DNA of 64,000 bases from a virus (Duplodnaviria; Caudoviricetes), in IMG/VR virus record IMGVR_UViG_3300027858_000004, positions 1 to 64,000 of that record; one strand, given 5' to 3'. A program made the position numbers and the translations under genes. This document shows, piece after piece, positions 42,778 to 52,776 of the stretch; position 1 is the stretch's first letter; each line of letters starts with the position of its first letter. The notes under the pieces are model-generated. The model worked only from the letters and a program-made list of their open reading frames with translations. It was not told where the DNA came from and made no database searches.

Positions 42778-43185
42778 ATGTCAAATTCAAATGACCAACG
42801 CATTTTAGCACTAAAGAAACAAATTGAAACGAAGAAGAAACTATTAGGTGAATCACATAAATTCTCCCCAGTAACTCACAGTGTATTAATTCTTGATGAT
42901 AAGACACAAAACATTCAAGTACTAAATAAAAGTGAATTGATTGAGCTATTAGTGAAATTAAATTCATACTTACTCTCAGCAAAAGACTTAGGAGTCTTGC
43001 ATATGTATGTGATTAATGGCTACCCACTTGAAGACTGGATTAAAGATGTTCAATCTAGATTCAATATACTATCGCAAAAAGAAGAAGAGAAGTCTTTAAA
43101 AGCAATGGAGCTTAAATTAACAAAACTTCTTTCCGATGGTAAAAAAGTAGAATTAGAACTGGATGAAATTGAATCATTAATTTAA
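42778..43185 (+). CDS. coiled-coil partner protein (start revised)
   Basis: GGAGG RBS before ATG 42778. Confidence 0.75.
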   Translation: MSNSNDQRILALKKQIETKKKLLGESHKFSPVTHSVLILDDKTQNIQVLNKSELIELLVKLNSYLLSAKDLGVLHMYVINGYPLEDWIKDVQSRFNILSQKEEEKSLKAMELKLTKLLSDGKKVELELDEIESLI

Positions 43186-43284
43186 AAAAAACAATTATAA
43201 ATTAGATATTGACAAATAACATGAAAAATGCTATACTAAGTAAGTAGTAAAGAATAAGAATATCAAAAAGAAAGGAGTGAACAA

Positions 43285-44043
43285 ATGTCTAAAACAAGAG
43301 CTATTAAGCGAACATTGCCTATTATCGCTGTGTTGATATTATGGTGGATAGGCAGTAAGTTTAGCACCCCTTTATTCCTACCTGAGCCTGAAAAAGTAGG
43401 GGAAACATTTTTAGACTTGGTTCAAAATGGAATGCTTCTAGAATCACTGAAGGCTTCTCTTTTCAGAATAACATCTGCAACACTTTTAGCGGCAGCTATC
43501 AGTATTCCAATTGGACTTCTTGTGGCGAACTATAAGGTTATCGACGATGTGGTCACTCCGATTACCAGTTTCATGAGGTTTATGCCAGTAACAGCATTTT
43601 ATCCTCTGTTGATTATGTGGATAGGAATCGGAGAGCTAATGAAAGTATCTTTTCTATTATTTGCAACAATATTCTTCTTCTTACCAACAGTTATCTTAGC
43701 TGTGAAAGACGTAAGTACTGACTTAATAGATACGGCTAGAACAATGGGAATGTCGAAGTTAAAGGTGATGACGAGGGTTCTTCTTCCAGCTTCATTACCT
43801 TCCATTGCCCAATCTTTCCTAATGATGTACGGCATTGGATGGACATATATAATTATCGCAGAAATGATAAATACAAATATTGGATTAGGATATCTAATGA
43901 ATATTGGGTCGGCAAGAGGAAGAACCGATATGGTATTTGCTGCTTTAATCACTGTTTTGATTGTTAGTTACATTTTTGATGCCATTGGTAACTCAGTTAT
44001 TAGAAAAGTATTTAAATGGAAGTTCATTAGAAAATCTGAATAA
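43285..44043 (+). CDS. ABC transporter permease (SsuC/TauC-like)
   Basis: Multiple TM helices; EAA-like DTARTMG...VLLPASLP; promoter at 43209. Confidence 0.9.
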   Translation: MSKTRAIKRTLPIIAVLILWWIGSKFSTPLFLPEPEKVGETFLDLVQNGMLLESLKASLFRITSATLLAAAISIPIGLLVANYKVIDDVVTPITSFMRFMPVTAFYPLLIMWIGIGELMKVSFLLFATIFFFLPTVILAVKDVSTDLIDTARTMGMSKLKVMTRVLLPASLPSIAQSFLMMYGIGWTYIIIAEMINTNIGLGYLMNIGSARGRTDMVFAALITVLIVSYIFDAIGNSVIRKVFKWKFIRKSE

Positions 44044-44055
44044 CTATAGAAGGCG

Positions 44056-44676
44056 GTGAGAACAAGAGTGATACAAGTAGAAAACCTAAGCGTTTCTTTT
44101 GGAAGTAACAAAATACTAAGTGATTTAAACATCAATTTTGAAAGTAATAAGATTTATTGCATACTTGGAAAAAGTGGAACGGGTAAAACAACATTGCTGA
44201 GAAGTATCGCTGGGTTACTTAAGCCATCTGAAGGAAAAGTATTATATGAAGGCAAACAAATCACAAAACCAATCAAGAATATATTTATGATGCATCAAAA
44301 CTATACTAACTTTCAGTGGAAAAATTGCATGGAGAACGTACTGTTCCCAATAAAGCTCAATAGGAAAGCCACCAACGAAGATTATATTGAAGCTACTAAA
44401 CTTTTAGTGGGAGTTGGATTAGGAGACCACGTTAAAAAGTATCCAGAGCAGTTATCAGGTGGTCAAAAACAGCGTCTGTCTCTAGCTAGAGTTCTAATGA
44501 GCAAGCCAGAAGTAATACTTATGGATGAGCCATTAAGTGCTTTAGATGATAAGACTAGGGAAGAAATGCAAGATTTAATCATGAGCTTTCAAAAAGAAAC
44601 GAAGAGCACAATTATTATGATTACACACAGTAAGAGTGATGCCGACAAAATGGCTGACCATATAATTCAATTATAA
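44056..44676 (+). CDS. ABC transporter ATPase
   Basis: GKSGTGKT, LSGGQKQR, ILMDEP, ITH. Confidence 0.95.
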   Translation: MRTRVIQVENLSVSFGSNKILSDLNINFESNKIYCILGKSGTGKTTLLRSIAGLLKPSEGKVLYEGKQITKPIKNIFMMHQNYTNFQWKNCMENVLFPIKLNRKATNEDYIEATKLLVGVGLGDHVKKYPEQLSGGQKQRLSLARVLMSKPEVILMDEPLSALDDKTREEMQDLIMSFQKETKSTIIMITHSKSDADKMADHIIQL

Positions 44677-44690
44677 CAGGAGGAATTTCA

Positions 44691-45269
44691 ATGACAAAAA
44701 AGAAATCAATATTTGAAAAGTTAGGACTAGTAGAACCAAGTGAGGATTTTAATCAAGATGAATTAATCGAGTCATTACAATTGCAATCAATGGAAATAGA
44801 GCAAGATGTTTATCACAATCATGTTCCCGAAATGGTTCTTCAATTTGGAGAAGACGAAGATTTTCTAATTGTAACAGAGATTTACGAAAAAGCTGAAATA
44901 TCAGACCTAAGCAAATCAATTTTTAAAGCAGAAGAATTCGGAAATCATTTGCCCAACGATTTACCTTCAGAAGTCAAGCGCCAGTCTGTGATTGGAATCT
45001 TAACAGCGTCAGGATTACAGGTTGAAGAGCTATTTGAGGATGCAGAAAAGCGCATTAATGCTCTTAAAGAAGTATCAACAGTGACTACTGAGAAAAGCAA
45101 TTTAGTAATTGCAGAAAAAGAACAGGAAACTATTGATTTACTAAATAAAATCGATTCTTTAAAGCAAGATATAATTAATCGAAAGACAGCACAAGAGAAA
45201 CAAGACGGTCTCATTAACGATGAGTTAACTAAGATTGGTCAAATATTAAAATTTATCTCACCTAAATAA
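44691..45269 (+). CDS. hypothetical coiled-coil protein of the ABC/PspA operon
   Basis: N-terminal SIFEKLGLVE amphipathic helix; C-terminal coiled coil. Confidence 0.75.
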   Translation: MTKKKSIFEKLGLVEPSEDFNQDELIESLQLQSMEIEQDVYHNHVPEMVLQFGEDEDFLIVTEIYEKAEISDLSKSIFKAEEFGNHLPNDLPSEVKRQSVIGILTASGLQVEELFEDAEKRINALKEVSTVTTEKSNLVIAEKEQETIDLLNKIDSLKQDIINRKTAQEKQDGLINDELTKIGQILKFISPK

Positions 45270-45283
45270 GAGGAGGAAACAAT

Positions 45284-46018
45284 ATGGAAACTATTGTATT
45301 AGGAATAATTGTACTTTTAATAGCTGGTGTACTCATTTTTGGTGGAAGCAAATTAAGAGTGTTGCTTAAAGGGTTCGTAGGACTGTTTGTTGAAGACTTA
45401 GCTAAAACTCCAGAAGGAGCTTCTGCGGTTTATAACCAAGCAATTGAAAAATCTCAAAACGACTACAACACAGCTCACAACACGCTTCAAAAAGTTGCTG
45501 GACAATTAGACTCTTCTCAGAAAAGTGTAGTTGCTACCAACGACAAGATACAAAAGGCAGAAGAAAAGTGTGAGGCTTTTGCGAAATCTGGGCAATTTGA
45601 TAAGGTAGAGTTGTTTGCTCAACAGCGCAACGACCTTCTGGAAGAATTAGAATTTCACACAAGAACTGTGAAAGAATTAGAGCCAATTTTTGAAGAGGCT
45701 AAGCGAATTAGTAATTATCTAGAGCAGAAGCTATCAAAATTGAAAAAAGATAAGACTCGTGTTACCAATGATTTAAGATTAAATAGACAACTTAAAGATA
45801 TGTATGACGACATGGATGAGCTAAAAAATACAACTAACGTTGATAAACTTTTAGATTCTGTTAAAGAAGGTGTCAAAGACTCTCGTGAGAAGGCAGTTGG
45901 AGCTAAGGTTGTACATGGTAATAAACTATCCACAAAAATCTCAAATGCAGATGAAGATGCTAAAAAACTAGTTAGCAATGACTATGTTGAAGAATTAAAG
46001 AAAAAATACCAAAAATAA
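45284..46018 (+). CDS. PspA/IM30-like protein with N-terminal TM helix
   Basis: TPEGA.AVYNQAIE followed by long helical hairpin typical of PspA. Confidence 0.65.
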   Translation: METIVLGIIVLLIAGVLIFGGSKLRVLLKGFVGLFVEDLAKTPEGASAVYNQAIEKSQNDYNTAHNTLQKVAGQLDSSQKSVVATNDKIQKAEEKCEAFAKSGQFDKVELFAQQRNDLLEELEFHTRTVKELEPIFEEAKRISNYLEQKLSKLKKDKTRVTNDLRLNRQLKDMYDDMDELKNTTNVDKLLDSVKEGVKDSREKAVGAKVVHGNKLSTKISNADEDAKKLVSNDYVEELKKKYQK

Positions 46019-46042
46019 AAACTAGTTATACAAAAAGAAGGG

Positions 46043-47581
46043 ATGAAAAATATGAAGATGAAAAAAGTTACTCTTGCAGGAAAAATTGTTATCTTTAGCT
46101 TAGTATTAATTATGGTTCTTGGAGGTACGTACTTCTTCGGAGGGTTTGGTGCTTTAAAAGAAATGGCAACATCTGATAATGAAAGTGTTCATGGTAGCAG
46201 CTCTAAAAACACAAATGAAATTAACATTTCACTAGATGAGTGGGTTGGATGGAAGTCTGTTGTTGACGCAAATGGTGGATTAACAACTAAAAAAGGTTCC
46301 ATTTATGATGAGTTAGGAATTAAAGTTAACATTAGTATTATAAATGATGCAACTCAATCCTCAAACGCTCTAATCAACGGAAAACTTGATGGAGCTGGTT
46401 ATACTATCAATAGATATGCTTTCTTATATCCTAAGTTTAAAGAAAATAACACAGAAGTTGTAATGCCGTATATCACTAACTTTTCATCTGGTGGAGATGG
46501 AATTATTGCTAAACAAGAGATTAAAAGTGTAGAAGATTTACTTGGTAAAAAGATAGCAGTACCACGATATAGCGAGGCTCAAACTTTAGTTTGGTGGTTA
46601 TTAAATAAATCAGGACTAAATGAAGCACAAGTTAAGCAAGTTGAAAAAGATATGGTAATGTTTGATACTCCTGATGATGCAGCAAAAGCATTTTTCGCTG
46701 GTCAAGTTGATGCAGCAGCTACATGGCAACCATATTTAACTCAAGCACAAGATACAACAGGAGCGAAGCTATTGTTCTCCACAAAAGCAGCTCACAACAT
46801 TATTTTAGATGGAATTGTATTTGAAAAAGGATTCTTAGATAAGAACAAAGAAACTGTAGCGAAGTTTATCGAAGGCTCATTGAAAGCTGAATCACTATAT
46901 ACAACCGATTTCACTTCAATTAAAAACACTATGCCTTTATTTTCAACTGAATCAAATGAAAATATTAAAGCAATGTCTGAGGATGCTACACTATCAACTT
47001 ATTCAGAAAACGTAGAATTACTAGAAACTACTGCCAAAACACTTTTTGTGGACATGAGTAATATCTGGACAAACATTGGTGAAAAATCTCTTCCTAAAGA
47101 AATGGATAATGCCTTTGAATCTTCAACTATAAAACTCTTAGAAGGAAAATTTGAAGAAAAAGAATCCACTGGTCTAGCATTTACAGAAGAACAAAGAACC
47201 CATGCTAAACAAATTGACAATGTTGAGTCCCTATTAAAAAAATCTGTATCAATTAATTTCCAACCTAACAGTGCAGCATTTGTTAATGTGGAAGAGGCTT
47301 CAAAAGTACTAAGCGAATTCTTTGGAACAGCTCAAATCTTAAATGGTGCAATTATTCAAATTGAAGGAAACGTAGCTGGAAAAGACGGTGGCGAAGCAGC
47401 TATTAAACTATCTGAACAAAGAGCAAAAACAGTTGCAGTATATCTACAAAATCAAGGTGTTGACCCAACTCGATTCGTAATTATCGGAAATGGTGAGTCT
47501 AAACAAATTGCCGATGATAGCACTGAAGAAGGTAAAAAGCAAAACAGACGTACAGATGTATTCTTTAAAATTGTTGAATAA
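46043..47581 (+). CDS. membrane-anchored NMT1/SsuA-type substrate-binding protein fused to OmpA-like C-terminal domain
   Basis: SSGGDGII, GKKIAV, VDAAATWQP; C-terminal IQIEG...LSEQRA.TV..YL...GVDP.R...NRR. Confidence 0.85.
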   Translation: MKNMKMKKVTLAGKIVIFSLVLIMVLGGTYFFGGFGALKEMATSDNESVHGSSSKNTNEINISLDEWVGWKSVVDANGGLTTKKGSIYDELGIKVNISIINDATQSSNALINGKLDGAGYTINRYAFLYPKFKENNTEVVMPYITNFSSGGDGIIAKQEIKSVEDLLGKKIAVPRYSEAQTLVWWLLNKSGLNEAQVKQVEKDMVMFDTPDDAAKAFFAGQVDAAATWQPYLTQAQDTTGAKLLFSTKAAHNIILDGIVFEKGFLDKNKETVAKFIEGSLKAESLYTTDFTSIKNTMPLFSTESNENIKAMSEDATLSTYSENVELLETTAKTLFVDMSNIWTNIGEKSLPKEMDNAFESSTIKLLEGKFEEKESTGLAFTEEQRTHAKQIDNVESLLKKSVSINFQPNSAAFVNVEEASKVLSEFFGTAQILNGAIIQIEGNVAGKDGGEAAIKLSEQRAKTVAVYLQNQGVDPTRFVIIGNGESKQIADDSTEEGKKQNRRTDVFFKIVE

Positions 47582-47686
47582 TAAACGTAAATTAGTTATT
47601 GACAAAACAGATGAAGCGTGATATACTAAGTAAGTAGTAAAGAAACGAACATGAAAAAAACATAAAAATGAAAAGAGGAATAAAAC

Positions 47687-47884
47687 ATGAAAATAGAAGA
47701 AGCAAGAGTAATAGCGCTACACGACACAATGGATGTAAACTTTAGTAAAGATGATGTAATTTCAATTGCAATTGGATTATTAGAATTGCGCTTCAACGGT
47801 GATTATAAACTAATTATTGACAAAATTCAAGAGTTTAAAAATTATTTTGATGAAGCAGATAAAATGTTGGGGGAGAATGAATAA
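47687..47884 (+). CDS. hypothetical protein
   Basis: ORF after promoter at 47599. Confidence 0.65.
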   Translation: MKIEEARVIALHDTMDVNFSKDDVISIAIGLLELRFNGDYKLIIDKIQEFKNYFDEADKMLGENE

Positions 47885-48579
47885 TGTTAAAAGGATGGAC
47901 AACCTTCGAGAAAACTTGGCTAGGGACGTTCACTCTGATTAACATCTATCTCTTCTTCGCATGGCAAGACTCGCTATTGGGGTTAGTAAGCTCAATAGCA
48001 GGTATGCTATGTGTGGTGTTAGCTGGTAAAGGACGAATAAGCACATATTACTTTGGAATTATACAGTGTGGAACATATGCTTACATTAGTTACACATACG
48101 GATTATACGGTGAATCAATGCTAAACGGATTGTTTTACTTCCCACTTCAGTTTCTAGGAATCTATCTTTGGAATAAGAATAAAGTAGAGTCATCGCAAAT
48201 TGGAGAGCAAATTAAAGTTAAAACTTTGAATAAAAAACAATGGATTCAATTGGGATTAATAACTGTAGTTTCAGCCATTGCATATGCTTACTTCTTAAAT
48301 CTAATTGGTGGACAACAAGTTAGAATCGACTCATTAGCAGTTGTGTTATCAGTTATTGCGCAAATCTTAATGCTGAAACGATATGTTGAGCAATGGGTAC
48401 TATGGATTGCAGTAAATGTACTATCAGTCGCTTTATGGTTAATCACCCTGATTCAAACTGGTGGAAATGACTGGTCAATGCTAGTAATGTGGCTTGCGTT
48501 CACCTTTAATTCTATTGTCAGTCTCCACAATTGGAAGAAAATGAACAAGGAGCAGAGTCAGGATGGCAAAGTTAAATAA
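47884..48579 (+). CDS. pnuC: nicotinamide riboside transporter PnuC
   Basis: ~7 TM helices; Q..GIY.W, DS...V.S.IAQ.LM.KRY.EQW.LWI.VN motifs. Confidence 0.9.
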   Translation: MLKGWTTFEKTWLGTFTLINIYLFFAWQDSLLGLVSSIAGMLCVVLAGKGRISTYYFGIIQCGTYAYISYTYGLYGESMLNGLFYFPLQFLGIYLWNKNKVESSQIGEQIKVKTLNKKQWIQLGLITVVSAIAYAYFLNLIGGQQVRIDSLAVVLSVIAQILMLKRYVEQWVLWIAVNVLSVALWLITLIQTGGNDWSMLVMWLAFTFNSIVSLHNWKKMNKEQSQDGKVK

Positions 48580-49342
48580 TTTACTCGTAGGAGATAGAAA
48601 TTGCAAATTAGAGATAGTTCAAATTTTAGGCTCCATACCTTTTCCAAAGAAAAACAGTGTAAAAAGAGTAGTCTTAAAAGTAAAATGTGATTGTGGAAAT
48701 ATAAAAAATATTCCTAATTACACTTTCAAAACAGCACAATCTTGTGGATGCATTAGAGAAAATATGGCGAATATATTTAAAGTTGGAGACAAGCATAATA
48801 GACTTACAATAATTGAGGACTTAGGAAGAACTATATTGCCCAATACAAAAACACTGGCAAGATGTGTGCGATGTTTATGTGATTGTGGTAATGAAATAAC
48901 TAGTCAGTGGACTAATGTTAACCAAGGAAATGTTAAATCTTGTGGATGCCTAAAAAGTGAAACATCTTCAAACACTGTAAAAATAATGCAAGAAAAGAAC
49001 TTTGTGCATGGAGACTCCAAGAAGAAAACAAAGTTCAACAGATTATATAATGTTTGGTGCAGAATGAGACAAAGATGTTATAATCCAAAACAGGAAAAAT
49101 ACAAATGGTATGGCGGTTCTGGAATAAGAATTTGTGACGAGTGGTTGGATGATTATCTCTCATTTAAAAATTGGGCATCATCCAATGGATATAAAGATGA
49201 CTTAACCATTGATAGAATAGATGTAACAAAAGACTACTCACCAGAGAATTGTCAGTGGCTAACAGCTCAAGAGAACATAGAAAAAGAATATACAACTGAC
49301 AGAGAAACCAGAAGAGCGATGCTGGAGGAGAAAAGAGTATGA
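48563..49342 (+). CDS. HNH homing endonuclease (free-standing)
   Basis: CDCGN/SCGC repeats; W..M..RC...YGG.GI.ICDEW...TIDRID...YSPENC.W. Confidence 0.85.
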   Translation: MAKLNNLLVGDRNCKLEIVQILGSIPFPKKNSVKRVVLKVKCDCGNIKNIPNYTFKTAQSCGCIRENMANIFKVGDKHNRLTIIEDLGRTILPNTKTLARCVRCLCDCGNEITSQWTNVNQGNVKSCGCLKSETSSNTVKIMQEKNFVHGDSKKKTKFNRLYNVWCRMRQRCYNPKQEKYKWYGGSGIRICDEWLDDYLSFKNWASSNGYKDDLTIDRIDVTKDYSPENCQWLTAQENIEKEYTTDRETRRAMLEEKRV

Positions 49343-50415
49343 ACTATGGTGTTGAGATATCATCTTATAAAAAAGACTTAGCTATTGGAATGTACTCTGG
49401 AAAGTTCCTACCTTTCCACAAAGGACATCTAAATTGTATTCTACAATCAGCTTCAATGGTTGATGTTCTGTTTGTGGTAGTTGGTTATGACGATGAGTGG
49501 GACAAGCTTCTATGTGAAGGAACTGAATTTGAATGGATTTCATCTAGAGTAAGAGAAAGATTAGTAACAAAAGCCTTAAAAAACATTCCTAACATTCGTG
49601 TGCTTTCACACTATGAAAGACGCTCTGAGGACTATATGAATGACCCAATGGTAAAAGAGGCAAACGATGAGCTTCTTGAAAAGCTTGGTGGAAAGATTGA
49701 TTATGTATTTAGCAGTGAATTAGAATATGAAGAATACTTTAATAAGTATTTACCAAATAGTAAACATATTATCTTAGATTCAGAGCGAAGTGTCATTGAT
49801 ATATCTGCAACTAAGATTAGAAAAGATGGTGTCCATAAGCATTGGGACATGTTACCACGCTCAGTGCAAGAGCATTACACTAAGCGCATGGCTTTCTGTG
49901 GCATTGAGTCAACAGGGAAGAGCTTTATGACTAAAAATTTAGCAGCTCTATTTAATACGAATTTCGTAGAAGAATACGGTAGAACATACTACGATGAGAT
50001 TAATGGATGCTTTGACATAGATGCAGTTGAAGACTTTTATGAAATAGCAGCAGGTCACACTCATTTAATTAACCAAGCAGTAAAAGATTCAAATCAAGTT
50101 ATGTTTATTGATACAGATTTAATTTATACACAGTTCTTTAGAGTTAATGGATATGGAACCATGTGTCCAGTAGTAGCATCAATGATTTGGGAAGGTGTAG
50201 AAAAAATAGATTTATACATCTATTTAGAACCACACAATGAGCATGAGTTAGATGGCTCTAGGCTACCAATTGACGATGAAAAGAGAAATAAGAAGAATGA
50301 TTTCTTGAAGAGATTGTACAGAAGCTATGGTGTTGAGCTAGTAATTGTTGATGAAAAAGATAAGGCAAAGCGATTAGAAAAATGTATTGATTTAGTTAAA
50401 AACTACTTAAACTAA
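49339..50415 (+). CDS. nadR: NadR-like bifunctional NMN adenylyltransferase / NR kinase (no HTH)
   Basis: GKFLPFHKGH, ISATKIR, GIESTGKS, EEYGR, FIDTD. Confidence 0.9.
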   Translation: MNYGVEISSYKKDLAIGMYSGKFLPFHKGHLNCILQSASMVDVLFVVVGYDDEWDKLLCEGTEFEWISSRVRERLVTKALKNIPNIRVLSHYERRSEDYMNDPMVKEANDELLEKLGGKIDYVFSSELEYEEYFNKYLPNSKHIILDSERSVIDISATKIRKDGVHKHWDMLPRSVQEHYTKRMAFCGIESTGKSFMTKNLAALFNTNFVEEYGRTYYDEINGCFDIDAVEDFYEIAAGHTHLINQAVKDSNQVMFIDTDLIYTQFFRVNGYGTMCPVVASMIWEGVEKIDLYIYLEPHNEHELDGSRLPIDDEKRNKKNDFLKRLYRSYGVELVIVDEKDKAKRLEKCIDLVKNYLN

Positions 50416-50432
50416 AATATGGAGGTTTTATA

Positions 50433-51913
50433 ATGTTAGTCGAACTACAAGATGGTGGAATTGAAGAAATTTACGCTGATAGCTTTGGCATGAGTGGATG
50501 TGAAACGTGTAATTACGGTAGCGAGTACACAAATGAATATACCATTCAAATGACAAAAGGGACACTTGATATCAAAGTAAATCAGGAGTATAAATATGCC
50601 TTATCTGATGGAGATATGATGAAACTCATGTTGCAAAAGGTTGAAGAAATTAAAGTATTGACTGAAGACGAGTTCGTTAAATGGATTGAAGAAGCCGTTG
50701 GTAGTCTTGTAGAAGAAAAGAATAATGGCTATGACTACAAAGAAAGCAATTTCACTTATACACCTAAATTTCCAGACAACAAAGTTGTACTATTCGACTA
50801 AGGAGAATCTATATGACACTTATTGAGTTTGCTGAGAAGTTTGTAATTGAAGAAGGGACTACTCTTTTACCATTTCAACGGAAGATAATCGAAATATACA
50901 TGAAGAATGAGAACCCAATGATATTACAATTTGGTCGCTCAGAGACCATGTGTGGATTAAGTAGAATATATGAACAATACAAAATGAATTAAGGGAGAGA
51001 TTGGATGAAGACACTTAAAGAGTTTGGGTACAAAGGGTATATCATTGATGTTAAAGCAAAGTTCAAAGAAAGTACCAGAGAATATTCAGATATCGAAGCC
51101 TTCTATGATTCTGTATTAATTGAGATGTCAGTTAGGCAAGCAGGTTTTCCGATATTTCAAGAGGGCAAAACCATCGAAAAAAGAAGAGAAAACAAAGTAG
51201 AATTACACAACTCAATGCTTGATAGTATTGAAGGTTTAATAGATAAAGCTAAATTAATAATCGATAAAAAAGTAAGAGAAGAAGAGATGACAAATGGACT
51301 TCCTGAAAGTCTGTTAGCTGAAGAGCCAAAGGAGAAAGCATCTGAAGAAGCGGTAATAGAAGTAAAGATAGACATAGATGAAGATGAAGATTTGGATGAA
51401 TACATCTATAACATAGCTAAAAAAGCTATTGAAGACGACCACCAAGAAAAAATGAAACAGTTTTCATCAGCATTAACAGAAGGTCTAAAAGGAATGAAGC
51501 CTTAATCAATAAAAATGAAAATAGGAGGAATATAAATGAAAGAAAAAGTATTGTGCTGGAGAGATGGAGATAGAGGATTTCTAGGGACTATTGGAGACTC
51601 AACAAGTCATCCAGATTACCATGTAGGTGACGTAATAGTTTATAAGAATCCATATAGCAATGAAGGGATGGTCACATCTGTCATAAGCAAAGATAAAGAT
51701 GGAAAAGATTACCCAATGGGACTGAAGGGTACTAGTATCCTTGAGCTTTCTAAAAAAACAGAGGTAATATTAGTTGTTAATCATACAAATCTAACAGATG
51801 ACATTCTTCATGATATTAGGTCTGCGGTAAAACTAAAAGAGATTGAAGTAATAGAAATGAATAAGACACAAATTGAAGAAGAATTAGGATACAGAATTAA
51901 AATAGTAAACTAA
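50433..51913 (+). other. hypothetical ORFs (50433, 51005, 51536)
   Basis: ORF track with RBSs; GCETCNYGS motif in 50433. Confidence 0.7.
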
Positions 51914-51942
51914 CATAAAAGACTGATTTTATTAAAAGTTAG

Positions 51943-51990
51943 ACACAAGATGTAGTGTATGTGAATTAATGTAGACACAAGATGTAGTGT
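51943..51990. promoter_or_regulatory. tandem NrdR boxes
   Basis: ACACAAGATGTAGTGT at 51943 and 51975, 32 bp apart; matches acaCwAtATaTwGtgt. Confidence 0.75.
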
Positions 51991-52012
51991 TTAGTTGAAA
52001 GAAGGAGAGAGC

Positions 52013-52597
52013 GTGAAGTTACAACTAGTATTACCAGTACCAACATCTATAAATGCTTTATATGTGAATCAGTTTACCTATGACCCATCTATTAGAAGAC
52101 GTGTTCCAACAGGTGGGAGAGTACTCTCAAAAGACGGTGAAAAGTGTAAGAAAGAGATTCAATCGCAAGCAACAAAGCAATTAAAAGAACAAGAGTGGGA
52201 CTACAATTGGACTGCTGATAAAAATAGCTTCTTATATCAAGATGCAGTAATATACTTCTCTAGAAGAGGTAGGGACGACAATAACGTATATAAGCTACTT
52301 AATGACTCATTAGAAAAGATTATATATGAAAATGATTCAAGAGTATTAGTACGCACACAGAAGATTCTATACGATTCAAAAAACCCTAGAATAGAACTAA
52401 CATTAACACCTGTTGACTATGTAGGAATATTTAAAGACAGTGTTGAATCTGATGCATTTGAGTTAAAATGTAGAGGCTGTAGCAGATACAGAGAAGGTAG
52501 ATGTTCCATTTTAGTAGATTCTTTAGCAGGAACCATAAGAGAAGAAATTACTATTATCAATGAGATGGAATGTAGTAAATATAAAAATAAAAAATAA
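52013..52597 (+). CDS. rusA: RusA-family Holliday junction resolvase
   Basis: LP.P.S.N.LY; RDDNNVYK...DSL...ENDS.V. Confidence 0.8.
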   Translation: MKLQLVLPVPTSINALYVNQFTYDPSIRRRVPTGGRVLSKDGEKCKKEIQSQATKQLKEQEWDYNWTADKNSFLYQDAVIYFSRRGRDDNNVYKLLNDSLEKIIYENDSRVLVRTQKILYDSKNPRIELTLTPVDYVGIFKDSVESDAFELKCRGCSRYREGRCSILVDSLAGTIREEITIINEMECSKYKNKK

Positions 52598-52776
52598 TTT
52601 TAAAAACAGGTTGCTTTTAACTAGTTAATTCCATATAATTAAATAGTAAGAAGAAAGGAGTGTAGAAGTTGTAGCGACTTTAAAAAAGAAGTTTAAAAGT
52701 TACTTATTGACAATCTATACACTTAAAAAAAGACGAACAAAACAAAAAACCAACACACAAGAGGAGAGAATTTAAC

